From assembly GCA_946626215.1 (NCBI GenBank), contig CAMOUD010000001.1:8968-72967 (forward strand): a stretch of DNA of 64,000 nt, in the 5' to 3' direction. Origin of the DNA: an uncultured Lachnospiraceae bacterium. Lineage in GTDB: Bacteria; Bacillota; Clostridia; Lachnospirales; Lachnospiraceae. The notes below the pieces were generated by a model. It had not been told where the DNA came from. It did no database searches and saw only the letters and a list, made by a program, of their open reading frames with translations. A program made the position numbers and the translations under genes. Positions 9,854 through 18,535 of the stretch are shown here, one piece after another; the first letter of the stretch is position 1, and every line of letters starts with the position of its first letter.

Positions 9854-9927
9854 TTAGGTAAAACGAAAAAACCGGGGACCGTCCGGGACCGGAAGGAGAT
9901 CCCCGGGAAGAGGAAAAGGAGTTAGTT

Positions 9928-11340
9928 ATGCTGGAAATACTGGAAGCAATTGACGGATTTGTCTGGGGACCGCCCATGCTGGTCATTCTGGTCGGCGCAG
10001 GGATCTACTGCACCTTCCGCACGGAGTTCCTGTGCTGGAGGAATCTGGGCTATTCCATCCGCACCACATTATCCAAGGAGTCCAGGCAGTCCAGCGGTGA
10101 GGGCGATGTTTCTTCCTTTGCCGCCCTCTGTACGGCCCTGGCGGCCACCATCGGCACCGGCAACATCGCGGGCGTAGCGTCCGCCCTGGCGGTCGGCGGC
10201 CCCGGCGCCCTGGTCTGGATGTGGATCTCCGCCGCCTTCGGCATCACGTCCAAGTTCACGGAGTGCACCCTGGCGGTCAAATACCGCGTCAAGAATGACA
10301 AGGGCGAAATGCTGGGCGGCCCCATGCTGGCCATGGAGCGGGGCATTCCCCATGTCTACGGAGACGGCTTTAAGGGCTTCGGCCGCGTTCTGGCGGTGGC
10401 CTTCGCTTTCTTTGCCGTCGTTGCCTCCTTCGGCATCGGCAACCTGACCCAGGGCAACTCCATCGCCGTTGCCTTCTCCTATATCGTAGGCGTTCCGGTC
10501 TGGGTCATCGGCATCATCGTCGGCTTCGCGACCCTGATCATCGTCGTGGGCGGCCTGAAGTCCATCTCCAGGGTGGCTTCCGTCATCGTTCCCTTCATGG
10601 CGGTCTTCTACTTTGTCTGCGCCGTCCTGATCATCCTGCTCCACATCACCGCTCTGCCCGGGGCTGTCGTGACCATGTTCCGGATGGCCTTCTCCTTCAA
10701 GGCCGTCGGCGGCGGCGCGGCCGGCTCTGTCGTAGCCTCCATGGCCCAGGCCATGAACAAGGGCGTGGCAAGAGGCTGCTTTTCCAACGAGGCCGGCATG
10801 GGCTCCGCGGCCATCACGGCGGCGGCAGCGGCCACCGACAGCCATGAAGACCTCGGCTACATCAAGCAGGGCTATATCAACTCCACCGGTACCTTCTGGG
10901 ATACCTTCGTGGTCTGCTCCGTCACCGGCCTGGCCATCCTGACCAGCGGCGTCATGGAACAGGTCGTCGTGAACGGTGAGACCGTCCTCCAGGGCGCGCC
11001 CCTGACCATTGCCGCCTTTGAGTCCACCCTGGGCAGGCCCGGCGCCTGGCTGGTCGCCATTTCCCTGGCCCTCTTTGCCTTCTCCACCATCCTGGGATGG
11101 GAATACTACGGAGAAAAGGCCCTGGAGTATCTGACCAGGAGCACAAGGGTCGCCATGTTCTACAGGATCGTTTTCTCCATCATTGCCTTTGTGGGCTGCG
11201 TATCCGCCTTTGAGATCGCCTGGGATATTTCCGATATCCTGAACGCCCTGATGATCCTGCCCAACGCCATCTGCATGGTCATGCTGGTGGGACAGCTGAG
11301 GCCCGACATGGAAGCCTATCAGAAAAAACTGAAGAAATGA
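9928..11340 (+). CDS. Alanine/glycine:cation symporter (AGCS family)
   Basis: 470-aa polytopic protein with family signature TIGTGNIAGVASAL. Confidence 0.9.
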   Translation: MLEILEAIDGFVWGPPMLVILVGAGIYCTFRTEFLCWRNLGYSIRTTLSKESRQSSGEGDVSSFAALCTALAATIGTGNIAGVASALAVGGPGALVWMWISAAFGITSKFTECTLAVKYRVKNDKGEMLGGPMLAMERGIPHVYGDGFKGFGRVLAVAFAFFAVVASFGIGNLTQGNSIAVAFSYIVGVPVWVIGIIVGFATLIIVVGGLKSISRVASVIVPFMAVFYFVCAVLIILLHITALPGAVVTMFRMAFSFKAVGGGAAGSVVASMAQAMNKGVARGCFSNEAGMGSAAITAAAAATDSHEDLGYIKQGYINSTGTFWDTFVVCSVTGLAILTSGVMEQVVVNGETVLQGAPLTIAAFESTLGRPGAWLVAISLALFAFSTILGWEYYGEKALEYLTRSTRVAMFYRIVFSIIAFVGCVSAFEIAWDISDILNALMILPNAICMVMLVGQLRPDMEAYQKKLKK

Positions 11341-11511
11341 TCTGTCCTCCCTCCGGAGATCCGGCGGGGACAGAAGCAGGCAGGGGACCGGATGAGAGCA
11401 GAGCCTTTCTCCGGTCTCCTTTTCCTTCCGGACAATTGTCTGGTGGACAATGGGCGGAGAAAGGTGCTATAGTACGATAGCAGCGAAGAAGGCAGGAAAA
11501 CAGGAGACGGT

Positions 11512-12267
11512 ATGTATACATTTGACGGCAGGGTCCGCTACAGCGAGACCGGTGAAGACGGCCATCTGACCATGGAAGGGATCATCGATTACTTCCAGGA
11601 CTGTTCGACCTTTCAGTCGGAGGACCTGGGGATCGGGGTCTGGTATCTGAAGCAGCGGAAGCTGGCCTGGCTGGTCAATTACTGGCAGATCGACGTCCTG
11701 CGCTGCCCGGCCCTGGGAGAAAGGATCGTGATCGGCACCTCTCCCTATGAGCTCAGGGGCTTTATGGGCCTTCGAAACTTTATGCTGGAAACAAAGGAGG
11801 GAGAACGGCTGGTCAACGCCAATTCCGTCTGGTCCCTCTTCAATATGGAAACACAGCGGCCGGCCCGCGTGCTTCCGGAAATACTGGAAAAATACCCCCT
11901 TGCGCCCCGTTTTGAGATGGAATATCTCCCCCGCAAGATCCGCCTGCCCGGCCCGGAAGTGCCGGCCAGGGCCCATGAAGCGCTGACAGTGGAAAGGATC
12001 CATCTGGATACCAACCACCATGTCAACAACGGCCAGTATATCAAGATGGCCATGGGAGCCCTGTCGGAAACGGGAGCGGACAGGAGCGGGACCGCCAGGC
12101 TCCGCATCGCCTACCAGAAGCAGGCCGTGCTGGGAGACAGGATCTGCCCGGTCAGCTGGCAGACCGATGCCGATACGGCGGTCATATCCCTGAACGGAGA
12201 GGACGGATCTCCCTATGCTGTGATGGAGGTCAGCCGCCGGGGCGGAAAGATAGGAGAATTATGCTGA
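11512..12267 (+). CDS. Acyl-ACP thioesterase family protein
   Basis: 251 aa. Double hot-dog layout with a family-typical N-terminus (FDGRVRYSETGEDGHLTMEGIIDYFQD) and NHHVNNGQY in the second half. Confidence 0.7.
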   Translation: MYTFDGRVRYSETGEDGHLTMEGIIDYFQDCSTFQSEDLGIGVWYLKQRKLAWLVNYWQIDVLRCPALGERIVIGTSPYELRGFMGLRNFMLETKEGERLVNANSVWSLFNMETQRPARVLPEILEKYPLAPRFEMEYLPRKIRLPGPEVPARAHEALTVERIHLDTNHHVNNGQYIKMAMGALSETGADRSGTARLRIAYQKQAVLGDRICPVSWQTDADTAVISLNGEDGSPYAVMEVSRRGGKIGELC

Positions 12268-13097
12268 AAGTCGGAGAAAAACAGGAACTGATCATAGAAA
12301 AACAGGTATCCTTCGGGGTCTACCTGAAGGAAGAAGGCGGACAGGAACGGGTCCTTCTGCCCAGGGCCCAGGTGCCCGCCGGCGCGAAGCCCGGCGACAG
12401 GCTGGAGGTCTTTCTCTATAAGGACTCTGAGGACAGGATCATTGCCACGGTCAGGACCCCCAGGCTGACCCTGGGGCAGATCGCCCGGCTCCGGGTGGCT
12501 GCCACCAGCAAGATCGGCGCCTTCCTGGACTGGGGCCTGGACAAGGATCTTCTGCTCCCCTTCCGGGAACAGCCCAAGGTCCGGGTAAAGGAGGGAGACG
12601 AGGTCCTGGCCGCCCTCTATCTGGACAAGAGCGGGCGCCTGTGCGCCACCATGAACGTATATCCCTACCTGCGGACGGATTCGCCCTATCAGGCGGGAGA
12701 CCGGGTCACCGGGACAGTCTATGAGACCAGCCGGAACTTCGGGACCTTTGTGGCGGTGGACGACATCTATTCGGCCCTGATCCCCAAAAAGGAGCTGGTC
12801 CGCCAGATCCCCATCGGCGAGAAGATCGCGGCCCGGGTCACGGCAGTCAAGCCGGACGGCAAGCTGGATCTTTCCATCAGGGAAAAGGGCTACCTGCAGC
12901 TGGAGGAAAGCATGAAGGCCATCCTCCGGGCCCTGGAGGAGAACGGGGGCACCCTCATGCTCTGCGACAGGTCTTCGCCGGAGGAGATCCGGGAAAAGAT
13001 GCAGATGTCCAAGAATGAATTCAAGCGGGCCATCGGCCACCTCTATAAGGAGGGAAGGATCCTCCTGAAGGAGGACCGGATCGAGCTGAAGAAATAA
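12261..13097 (+). CDS. cvfB: S1 RNA-binding domain protein CvfB/YitL
   Basis: 278 aa. Repeated S1-like OB modules (VSFGVYL, KIGAFLDWG, GTVYETSRNFGTFVAV) plus a C-terminal winged-helix-like end. ATGCTGA start/stop overlap with the upstream gene. Confidence 0.75.
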   Translation: MLKVGEKQELIIEKQVSFGVYLKEEGGQERVLLPRAQVPAGAKPGDRLEVFLYKDSEDRIIATVRTPRLTLGQIARLRVAATSKIGAFLDWGLDKDLLLPFREQPKVRVKEGDEVLAALYLDKSGRLCATMNVYPYLRTDSPYQAGDRVTGTVYETSRNFGTFVAVDDIYSALIPKKELVRQIPIGEKIAARVTAVKPDGKLDLSIREKGYLQLEESMKAILRALEENGGTLMLCDRSSPEEIREKMQMSKNEFKRAIGHLYKEGRILLKEDRIELKK

Positions 13098-13130
13098 GCC
13101 GGACGGGCCCGGAGAAGAGAAAGGAGCGCT

Positions 13131-14015
13131 ATGACCGCAAGAAGATCCGGTACCCTGTTTTTCATCATGGTGCTGTGTTATTTCGGAGCCAGCGCGGCCA
13201 TCGGGTTCTTCGGCCCCTGGTATCCCCTGGTCAGGAACCCCCTGGTCCTTCTGCTGGTCCCCCAGGCGGCCATCCTCTATCCGGTCCTGGTCTATTCCGT
13301 CCTGGTGCCGGAGCCTCTGGGACAGATCTTTCCCCTGCGGGGCGTCCGGGCCGTGACCCTGATCCTGTCCCTGTTCGCCCTGGCCGCTCTTTTTCCGGCC
13401 ATCCTGGTCGTCAATGACCTGAGCCTTTATTTCTCGAAGAACGGGGCCGCTTCCATCCTGAACCTGGCGGAACTGATGCCGGCCTGGCAGATGTTCCTGG
13501 TCGTGGGCGTGCTCGGTCCCCTGAGCGAGGAACTGATCTTCCGGGGCTGTATCCTTCAGTCCCTCCGGACCTCAGGAAAGAGGGTCCTTCCCATCCTGGT
13601 CTCAGCCCTTTGCTTCGGGCTGATCCACATGAACCTCAACCAGGCCTGCTACGCCTTTGTCTTCGGTCTGGCCCTGGCCTTTACGGCTGTCATGACGGAG
13701 AGCATCCTGCCGGGCCTGGTCATGCATATGGCCCTGAACAGCTCCCAGGTCCTTCTCTTTTATCTGGGCCTGGCGGAAGCGGACGCCCTGCCCCGGGCCG
13801 AGCTGAAGGCCCAGATCCTCCTCCTGGCGCCCTGGGCTGCCGGAGGCCTCGCCGTCTTTGTCCTGCTGGTCTTTGCCATGCGGGCCCTGGAGGGAAGGCC
13901 TTACCGCCGGCCGGAGGCCGGAGATCCCAGGATCCTGGGGATCGGCCTGATCCTTGGAGTCTTCACATCCGGCGGCTTTATGCTGGCGGACTATCTGGGC
14001 CTCCTGCCCATATGA
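13131..14015 (+). CDS. CPBP family intramembrane glutamic endopeptidase (CAAX protease-like)
   Basis: 294-aa polytopic protein with EELIFRG and later HMxLN motifs. Confidence 0.8.
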   Translation: MTARRSGTLFFIMVLCYFGASAAIGFFGPWYPLVRNPLVLLLVPQAAILYPVLVYSVLVPEPLGQIFPLRGVRAVTLILSLFALAALFPAILVVNDLSLYFSKNGAASILNLAELMPAWQMFLVVGVLGPLSEELIFRGCILQSLRTSGKRVLPILVSALCFGLIHMNLNQACYAFVFGLALAFTAVMTESILPGLVMHMALNSSQVLLFYLGLAEADALPRAELKAQILLLAPWAAGGLAVFVLLVFAMRALEGRPYRRPEAGDPRILGIGLILGVFTSGGFMLADYLGLLPI

Positions 14016-14026
14016 ACCGGGCTTTT

Positions 14027-14090
14027 CCGCCCCCCTGAAGACCGGCCCGCCGCGAAGACGGACCGCGGGCTTTCGGGGGGCGGCTTTTTA
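14027..14090 (+). terminator. Rho-independent terminator
   Basis: CCGCCCCCC (14027-14035) pairs with GGGGGGCGG (14075-14083). Followed by CTTTTTA. Confidence 0.65.
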
Positions 14091-14246
14091 TATCTATTTT
14101 TCACAAATAAATCCCGGATTTTTTATGGATTATTCCATGATTTTGCTATAAAATGAAGGCAGGGTTTATGCAATATGGCTATTCATATGGGGATGAAGCG
14201 CCATAGCAGTGTTACAGACAGGGGTTTATAAAGCGGGAGAATAGGA

Positions 14247-15335
14247 ATGATTTCAAACCAGGTTTTATTGAATACGATCGAAGGGCTGAAGGAAATATCG
14301 CATCTGGACTTTGGAATTATGGATGCGGACGGCAGGGAGGTGGCCGTTACGGCTCCGATTTTCGCGGACGCGGCCGGGGCGATCCCGGATTTCGCGCTGT
14401 CACCGGCCGATTCACAGTCTGCCGGCCCTTTCCAGTTCTTCAAGGTCTTTGACGAGCAGCAGCTGGAGTATGTCATTGTGGTCTGCGGAGATACGGACAA
14501 CACCCTTCTGGTGGGCCGGATGGCGGCTTTCCAGATCAAGGGCCTGATGGCCGCCTTCAAGGAACGGTACGACAAGGACAGCTTCATGAAGAACCTGCTC
14601 CTGGACAACCTGCTTCTTGTGGATATCTACGGCCGGGCCAAAAAGCTTCATATCGCGGCGGACGCGCCCCGGGTCGTCCTGATCATCGAGACCAGCCAGG
14701 ACAGGGAAAAGAACGTCCTGGAGCTCATGCAGGAGTACGTGGGAGTGGCTTCTTCGGACTTTGTCACGGCGGTGGATGAGAACAACGTCGTCATCGTCCG
14801 GGACCTGTCCGATCCGGTCAAGCTCAGGGAGATCGACAAGACGGCCGCCGCCATGGAGTCCTACCTGCGCAAGATGGGCCTTTCCGGCATCCGGGTGGCC
14901 TGCGGGACGGTGGTCAACGAGATCAAGGAGGTCAGCCGGTCCTACAAGGAAGCCAAGATGGCCCTGGACGTCAGCAAGATCTTCTTTGAAGACTCCGCCG
15001 TCATCGCTTATAATGAGCTGGGCATCGGGCGCCTGATCTACCAGCTGCCCATTCCCTTATGCAAGATGTTCATCCGGGAGATCTTCAAGGGCAGGAGCCC
15101 TGATGAGTTCGATCAGGAGACCCTGACCACCATCAACAAGTTCTTCGAGAACTCTCTGAACGTGTCAGAGACGTCCCGGCAGCTCTTTATCCACAGGAAT
15201 ACCCTGGTCTACAGGCTGGACAAGCTCCAGAAGAGCACAGGTCTGGACCTCAGGGTCTTTGAGGACGCGATCACCTTCAAGATCGCCCTCATGGTCGTCA
15301 AATATATGAAGTACATGGAACAGTATGACTACTAA
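14247..15335 (+). CDS. PucR/CdaR-family transcriptional regulator
   Basis: 362 aa. C-terminal PucR-type HTH (NVSETSRQLFIHRNTLVYRLDKLQKSTGLDL). 11-nt overlap with ftsE. Confidence 0.7.
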   Translation: MISNQVLLNTIEGLKEISHLDFGIMDADGREVAVTAPIFADAAGAIPDFALSPADSQSAGPFQFFKVFDEQQLEYVIVVCGDTDNTLLVGRMAAFQIKGLMAAFKERYDKDSFMKNLLLDNLLLVDIYGRAKKLHIAADAPRVVLIIETSQDREKNVLELMQEYVGVASSDFVTAVDENNVVIVRDLSDPVKLREIDKTAAAMESYLRKMGLSGIRVACGTVVNEIKEVSRSYKEAKMALDVSKIFFEDSAVIAYNELGIGRLIYQLPIPLCKMFIREIFKGRSPDEFDQETLTTINKFFENSLNVSETSRQLFIHRNTLVYRLDKLQKSTGLDLRVFEDAITFKIALMVVKYMKYMEQYDY

Positions 15336-16050
15336 GCCAGTCTCGGGCCCGGATACGGTCATCCGGCTGGAAAACATAACGAAAAGCTACAGGGGCGGGG
15401 ATTCGATTCCCGCCCTTCTTGAAGTCTGCCTGACGATACACAGGGGCGAGTTCGTCTTTGTGACCGGGGCCTCGGGCTCGGGCAAGTCCACCCTGATCCG
15501 GCTCCTTACCAGGGAGATCAGGGCCACCAGCGGGAAGATCATGGTCCTGGGCTATGACATGCAGAGGATCCGGCGGAGCCAGATCGCCCTGCTCAGGCGC
15601 AGGATGGGGATCGTCTTTCAGGATTTCCGCCTCCTGGAGGACAGGAGCCTTCTGGAGAATACCATGCTGGCCATGAAGGTGACCGGAGCGGGCAGCGCCC
15701 GGAGCCGGAAGAGGGCCCGGGACATCCTGGAGAGGATGGGCCTTTCCGGCAGGGAGAAGGCCAGGCCCCTCCAGCTTTCCGGCGGCGAGCAGCAGAAGGC
15801 CGCCCTGGCCAGGGCCCTGATGAACTCTCCGGCCCTGCTCCTGGCCGATGAGCCCACCGGCAACCTGGATATGGACAGCGCCATGGAGATCATGGACCTG
15901 CTGACCGAGGCCCACCGGGCCGGCGCCACCGTCCTGGTGGTCACCCACAACATGGAGATCGTGGAGAAGGTGGGAGGCCGGCTGATCCGCCTGGACCACG
16001 GCCGCGTCGTCTATGACAGCGGGCCGGCGGAAAGGAGGGAGGATCCATGA
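15325..16050 (+). CDS. ftsE: Cell division ATP-binding protein FtsE
   Basis: Walker A GASGSGKST, ABC signature LSGGEQQ, Walker B LLLADEPTGNLD. Followed by ftsX. Confidence 0.9.
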   Translation: MTTKPVSGPDTVIRLENITKSYRGGDSIPALLEVCLTIHRGEFVFVTGASGSGKSTLIRLLTREIRATSGKIMVLGYDMQRIRRSQIALLRRRMGIVFQDFRLLEDRSLLENTMLAMKVTGAGSARSRKRARDILERMGLSGREKARPLQLSGGEQQKAALARALMNSPALLLADEPTGNLDMDSAMEIMDLLTEAHRAGATVLVVTHNMEIVEKVGGRLIRLDHGRVVYDSGPAERREDP

Positions 16051-16928
16051 GGCACGCGATAGGACAGGGGATCCGGGGGCTTTTCCGGAACGGCTGGTAT
16101 ACCCTGGTCTCCCTGCTGACAGTCACCATCTGCCTGTTTCTGTCCGGCATCCTCTTCACCGTCCTGGCAGACCTGGGGGCGACCCTGGACCGGGCGGCCC
16201 GGGACGTGACGGTCACGGTCTTTTTTGAGCCCGGCATCACAGAGGAAAAGATCCTGGACTACCGGGCCGTCATCCTGGACAGGGAAGAGGTCCGGGACGT
16301 GGTCTATGTGTCCGCCCGGGAGGCCTGGGAGGATTTCGGACAGGAATATCTGGGCGAATACGCGGCGGATTTTGATGAGAACCCTCTGGCTGACAGCGCC
16401 TCCCTCAGGATCACCATGAAGGATATCAGCCGGCAGAAGGACCTGACGGCCTTTCTGGAAAAGCTTCCCGATGTCCGCAAGGTCAATTCCTCGGCAGGGG
16501 CCGCCAGGGCCCTGGGGAGCGCGGGCACGGTCCTGACCTATGCCCTGGCCGGCACGGGCCTGTCCCTGTCCCTGATCTCCCTTTTCCTGATCTATTCCAC
16601 CATTTCGGCGGGCATCGCGGCCCGGCAGAAGGAGATCGAGATCATGAAATATCTGGGGGCGACGGATGGATACATCTACGGTCCCTTTTTCGCGGAGGGC
16701 CTCCTGATCGGTCTGACCGGGGCCTGCGCGGCTTTTTTTCTGGTGACAATTCTGGCAGGCAGGACTATGCTGTATCTGGAAGAAAGCTTTCCGGTCCTGA
16801 CGGAGGTCTTCGTGTTCCTGCCCATGGGCAGGATCTGGAGGACCCTGGGCCCCGGCTTTTTCGGCTTTGGCTGCGGGATCGGCCTTCTGGGGAGCCTGCT
16901 CCCCGTGGGCAGGCATCTCAGGGTCTGA
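16047..16928 (+). CDS. ftsX: Cell division permease-like protein FtsX
   Basis: 293 aa. 4-nt overlap with ftsE. N-terminal TM, extracellular domain, then three C-terminal TM helices. Confidence 0.85.
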   Translation: MRHAIGQGIRGLFRNGWYTLVSLLTVTICLFLSGILFTVLADLGATLDRAARDVTVTVFFEPGITEEKILDYRAVILDREEVRDVVYVSAREAWEDFGQEYLGEYAADFDENPLADSASLRITMKDISRQKDLTAFLEKLPDVRKVNSSAGAARALGSAGTVLTYALAGTGLSLSLISLFLIYSTISAGIAARQKEIEIMKYLGATDGYIYGPFFAEGLLIGLTGACAAFFLVTILAGRTMLYLEESFPVLTEVFVFLPMGRIWRTLGPGFFGFGCGIGLLGSLLPVGRHLRV

Positions 16929-16971
16929 ATCCCGGTGCCTGCGCGGCTGCAGAAACGGAGAAACAAAAGAT

Positions 16972-18189
16972 ATGGAAGAAGAAAACAGACAGAAGAACCG
17001 GGGCTTCGGCCGGCGGCGGTTCCTGGCGGGACTGCTGGCCGGCATGCTCATCATGGTGCCCGCTGCCCTGGCCATGGGCCATAACGGCCGGCTGGCCGGC
17101 TACCAGGAGGCCGTATCCGGGGGGAAGGGCTACGCGAAGATCCCTCTGGTGGAGGAATATATCCGGACCTACTACCTGGAAAGCGAAGACATAGAGGAGG
17201 GCCAGCTGGAGACCGGCGCCGCCAAGGGCATGATGAAGGCCCTGAACGATCCCTATTCCGAATACTACACGGAGGAGGAATACAATTCCCTGCTGGAGCA
17301 GACCAGCGGCGTATACGGCGGCATCGGAGCCTACATCAGCCTGGACAAGGATACGGGGATCCCCATGATCTCCGGCGTCTTTGACGATTCGCCCGCGGCC
17401 CGGGCCGGCCTTGTGGCGGGGGACCTGATCTATGAGGTGGACGGGACCGATTCGACCCGGATGACGACCAGCGAGGTCGTGGCCCTGGTCAAGGGACCGG
17501 AGGGGACAACGGTGATCATGAAGGTCCTCCGGGAAGGAAAGACGGACCTTCTGGAGGTGGAGGTGGACAGGGAGATCATCAACGCTCCCACGGTCAATGC
17601 CGAGATGCTGGATGAGAGGATCGGCTATCTCCAGATCACCCAGTTCGATACCGTTACGCCGGACCAGTTCAGCGAGGCCCTGGAGGACCTGAAGTCCCAG
17701 GGCATGCAGGGCATGGTCCTGGACCTCCGGGGCAACCCGGGAGGGGTCGTCGGAGCGGTCAACAGCGTCGCGGGCTTCCTCCTTCCCGAGGGCCTGGTCT
17801 TCTATTCGGTGGACCGGGACGGGAACCGGACGGAATATACCTGCCCGGGCGCGGACTTTGACCTGCCTCTGGCCGTCCTGATCGACAAGGGGTCCGCCAG
17901 CGCCTCGGAGATCCTCAGCGGGGCCATCCAGGACGCCGGCATCGGGACCCTGGTGGGGACCCGGTCCTACGGCAAGGGGGTCGTCCAGTCCCTCTACCAG
18001 CTGGAGGACGGGACCGGCATGAAGATCACGGTGGCCAAATACTTTACCCGGGGAGGCCAGGACATCAACAAGGTGGGCATCACCCCCGATGTGGAGGCAG
18101 AACTGGATACGGAGGCCTTTACAGAGTACGGCATCGATTCCCAGCTGGACGCCGCCATCGGCGTGGTGGAAGAGAAGCTGGGCAGGTAA
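16972..18189 (+). CDS. ctpA: S41 family C-terminal processing peptidase
   Basis: PDZ region, RGNPGG, catalytic GSASASEI and YGKG motifs. Start set at ATG 16972, because the ORF-track start at 16867 overlaps ftsX. Confidence 0.85.
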   Translation: MEEENRQKNRGFGRRRFLAGLLAGMLIMVPAALAMGHNGRLAGYQEAVSGGKGYAKIPLVEEYIRTYYLESEDIEEGQLETGAAKGMMKALNDPYSEYYTEEEYNSLLEQTSGVYGGIGAYISLDKDTGIPMISGVFDDSPAARAGLVAGDLIYEVDGTDSTRMTTSEVVALVKGPEGTTVIMKVLREGKTDLLEVEVDREIINAPTVNAEMLDERIGYLQITQFDTVTPDQFSEALEDLKSQGMQGMVLDLRGNPGGVVGAVNSVAGFLLPEGLVFYSVDRDGNRTEYTCPGADFDLPLAVLIDKGSASASEILSGAIQDAGIGTLVGTRSYGKGVVQSLYQLEDGTGMKITVAKYFTRGGQDINKVGITPDVEAELDTEAFTEYGIDSQLDAAIGVVEEKLGR

Positions 18190-18199
18190 GGAGGCAGGC

Positions 18200-18376
18200 A
18201 TGGGAAACGACTGCGATACCTGCGCCTATCTGGTCTATGACGAGGACTATGAGGGCTATGTCTGCGATGTGGATATGGATGAGGACGAATACGCCCGCTT
18301 CCTTTCCGACAGCCATGCCCATTGTCCCTATTACAGGAACGGGGACGAGTACGCGGTAGTCAGGCACCAGATGTAG
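18200..18376 (+). CDS. Acidic Cys/His-rich microprotein (58 aa), hypothetical
   Basis: ATG at 18200, 10 nt after the ctpA stop, preceded by AAGGAGG. Sequence MGNDCDTCAYLVYDEDYEGYVCDV...HAHCPYY (CxxC, C, HxHC). Confidence 0.5.
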   Translation: MGNDCDTCAYLVYDEDYEGYVCDVDMDEDEYARFLSDSHAHCPYYRNGDEYAVVRHQM

Positions 18377-18535
18377 GCCGGGACGGAAAAACAGCAGGGG
18401 ACTTATCAAATACTGCCGAACAGATTTTGGATTTATGCTATACTGAGAACAGGGCCCCGACGATCGGGGACGCTTCAGCGGCAGTACGGACCGTTCACAG
18501 GGGGTGGGCGGCAGGTTAACGAACGGAGGTAAAAT

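Noticed and set aside
9750-9927. Possible glycine riboswitch ahead of the alanine/glycine symporter.
   Set aside because: The ~80-nt leader after the predicted -10 lacks the conserved glycine-aptamer core as I remember it and is too short for a tandem aptamer. I see only a simple CCGGGGA/TCCCCGG hairpin.
9249-11340. tRNA-Gln as an integration site for a genomic island.
   Set aside because: There is no integrase, no direct repeat of the tRNA 3' end downstream, and the following genes are ordinary metabolic or housekeeping genes with the same codon style.
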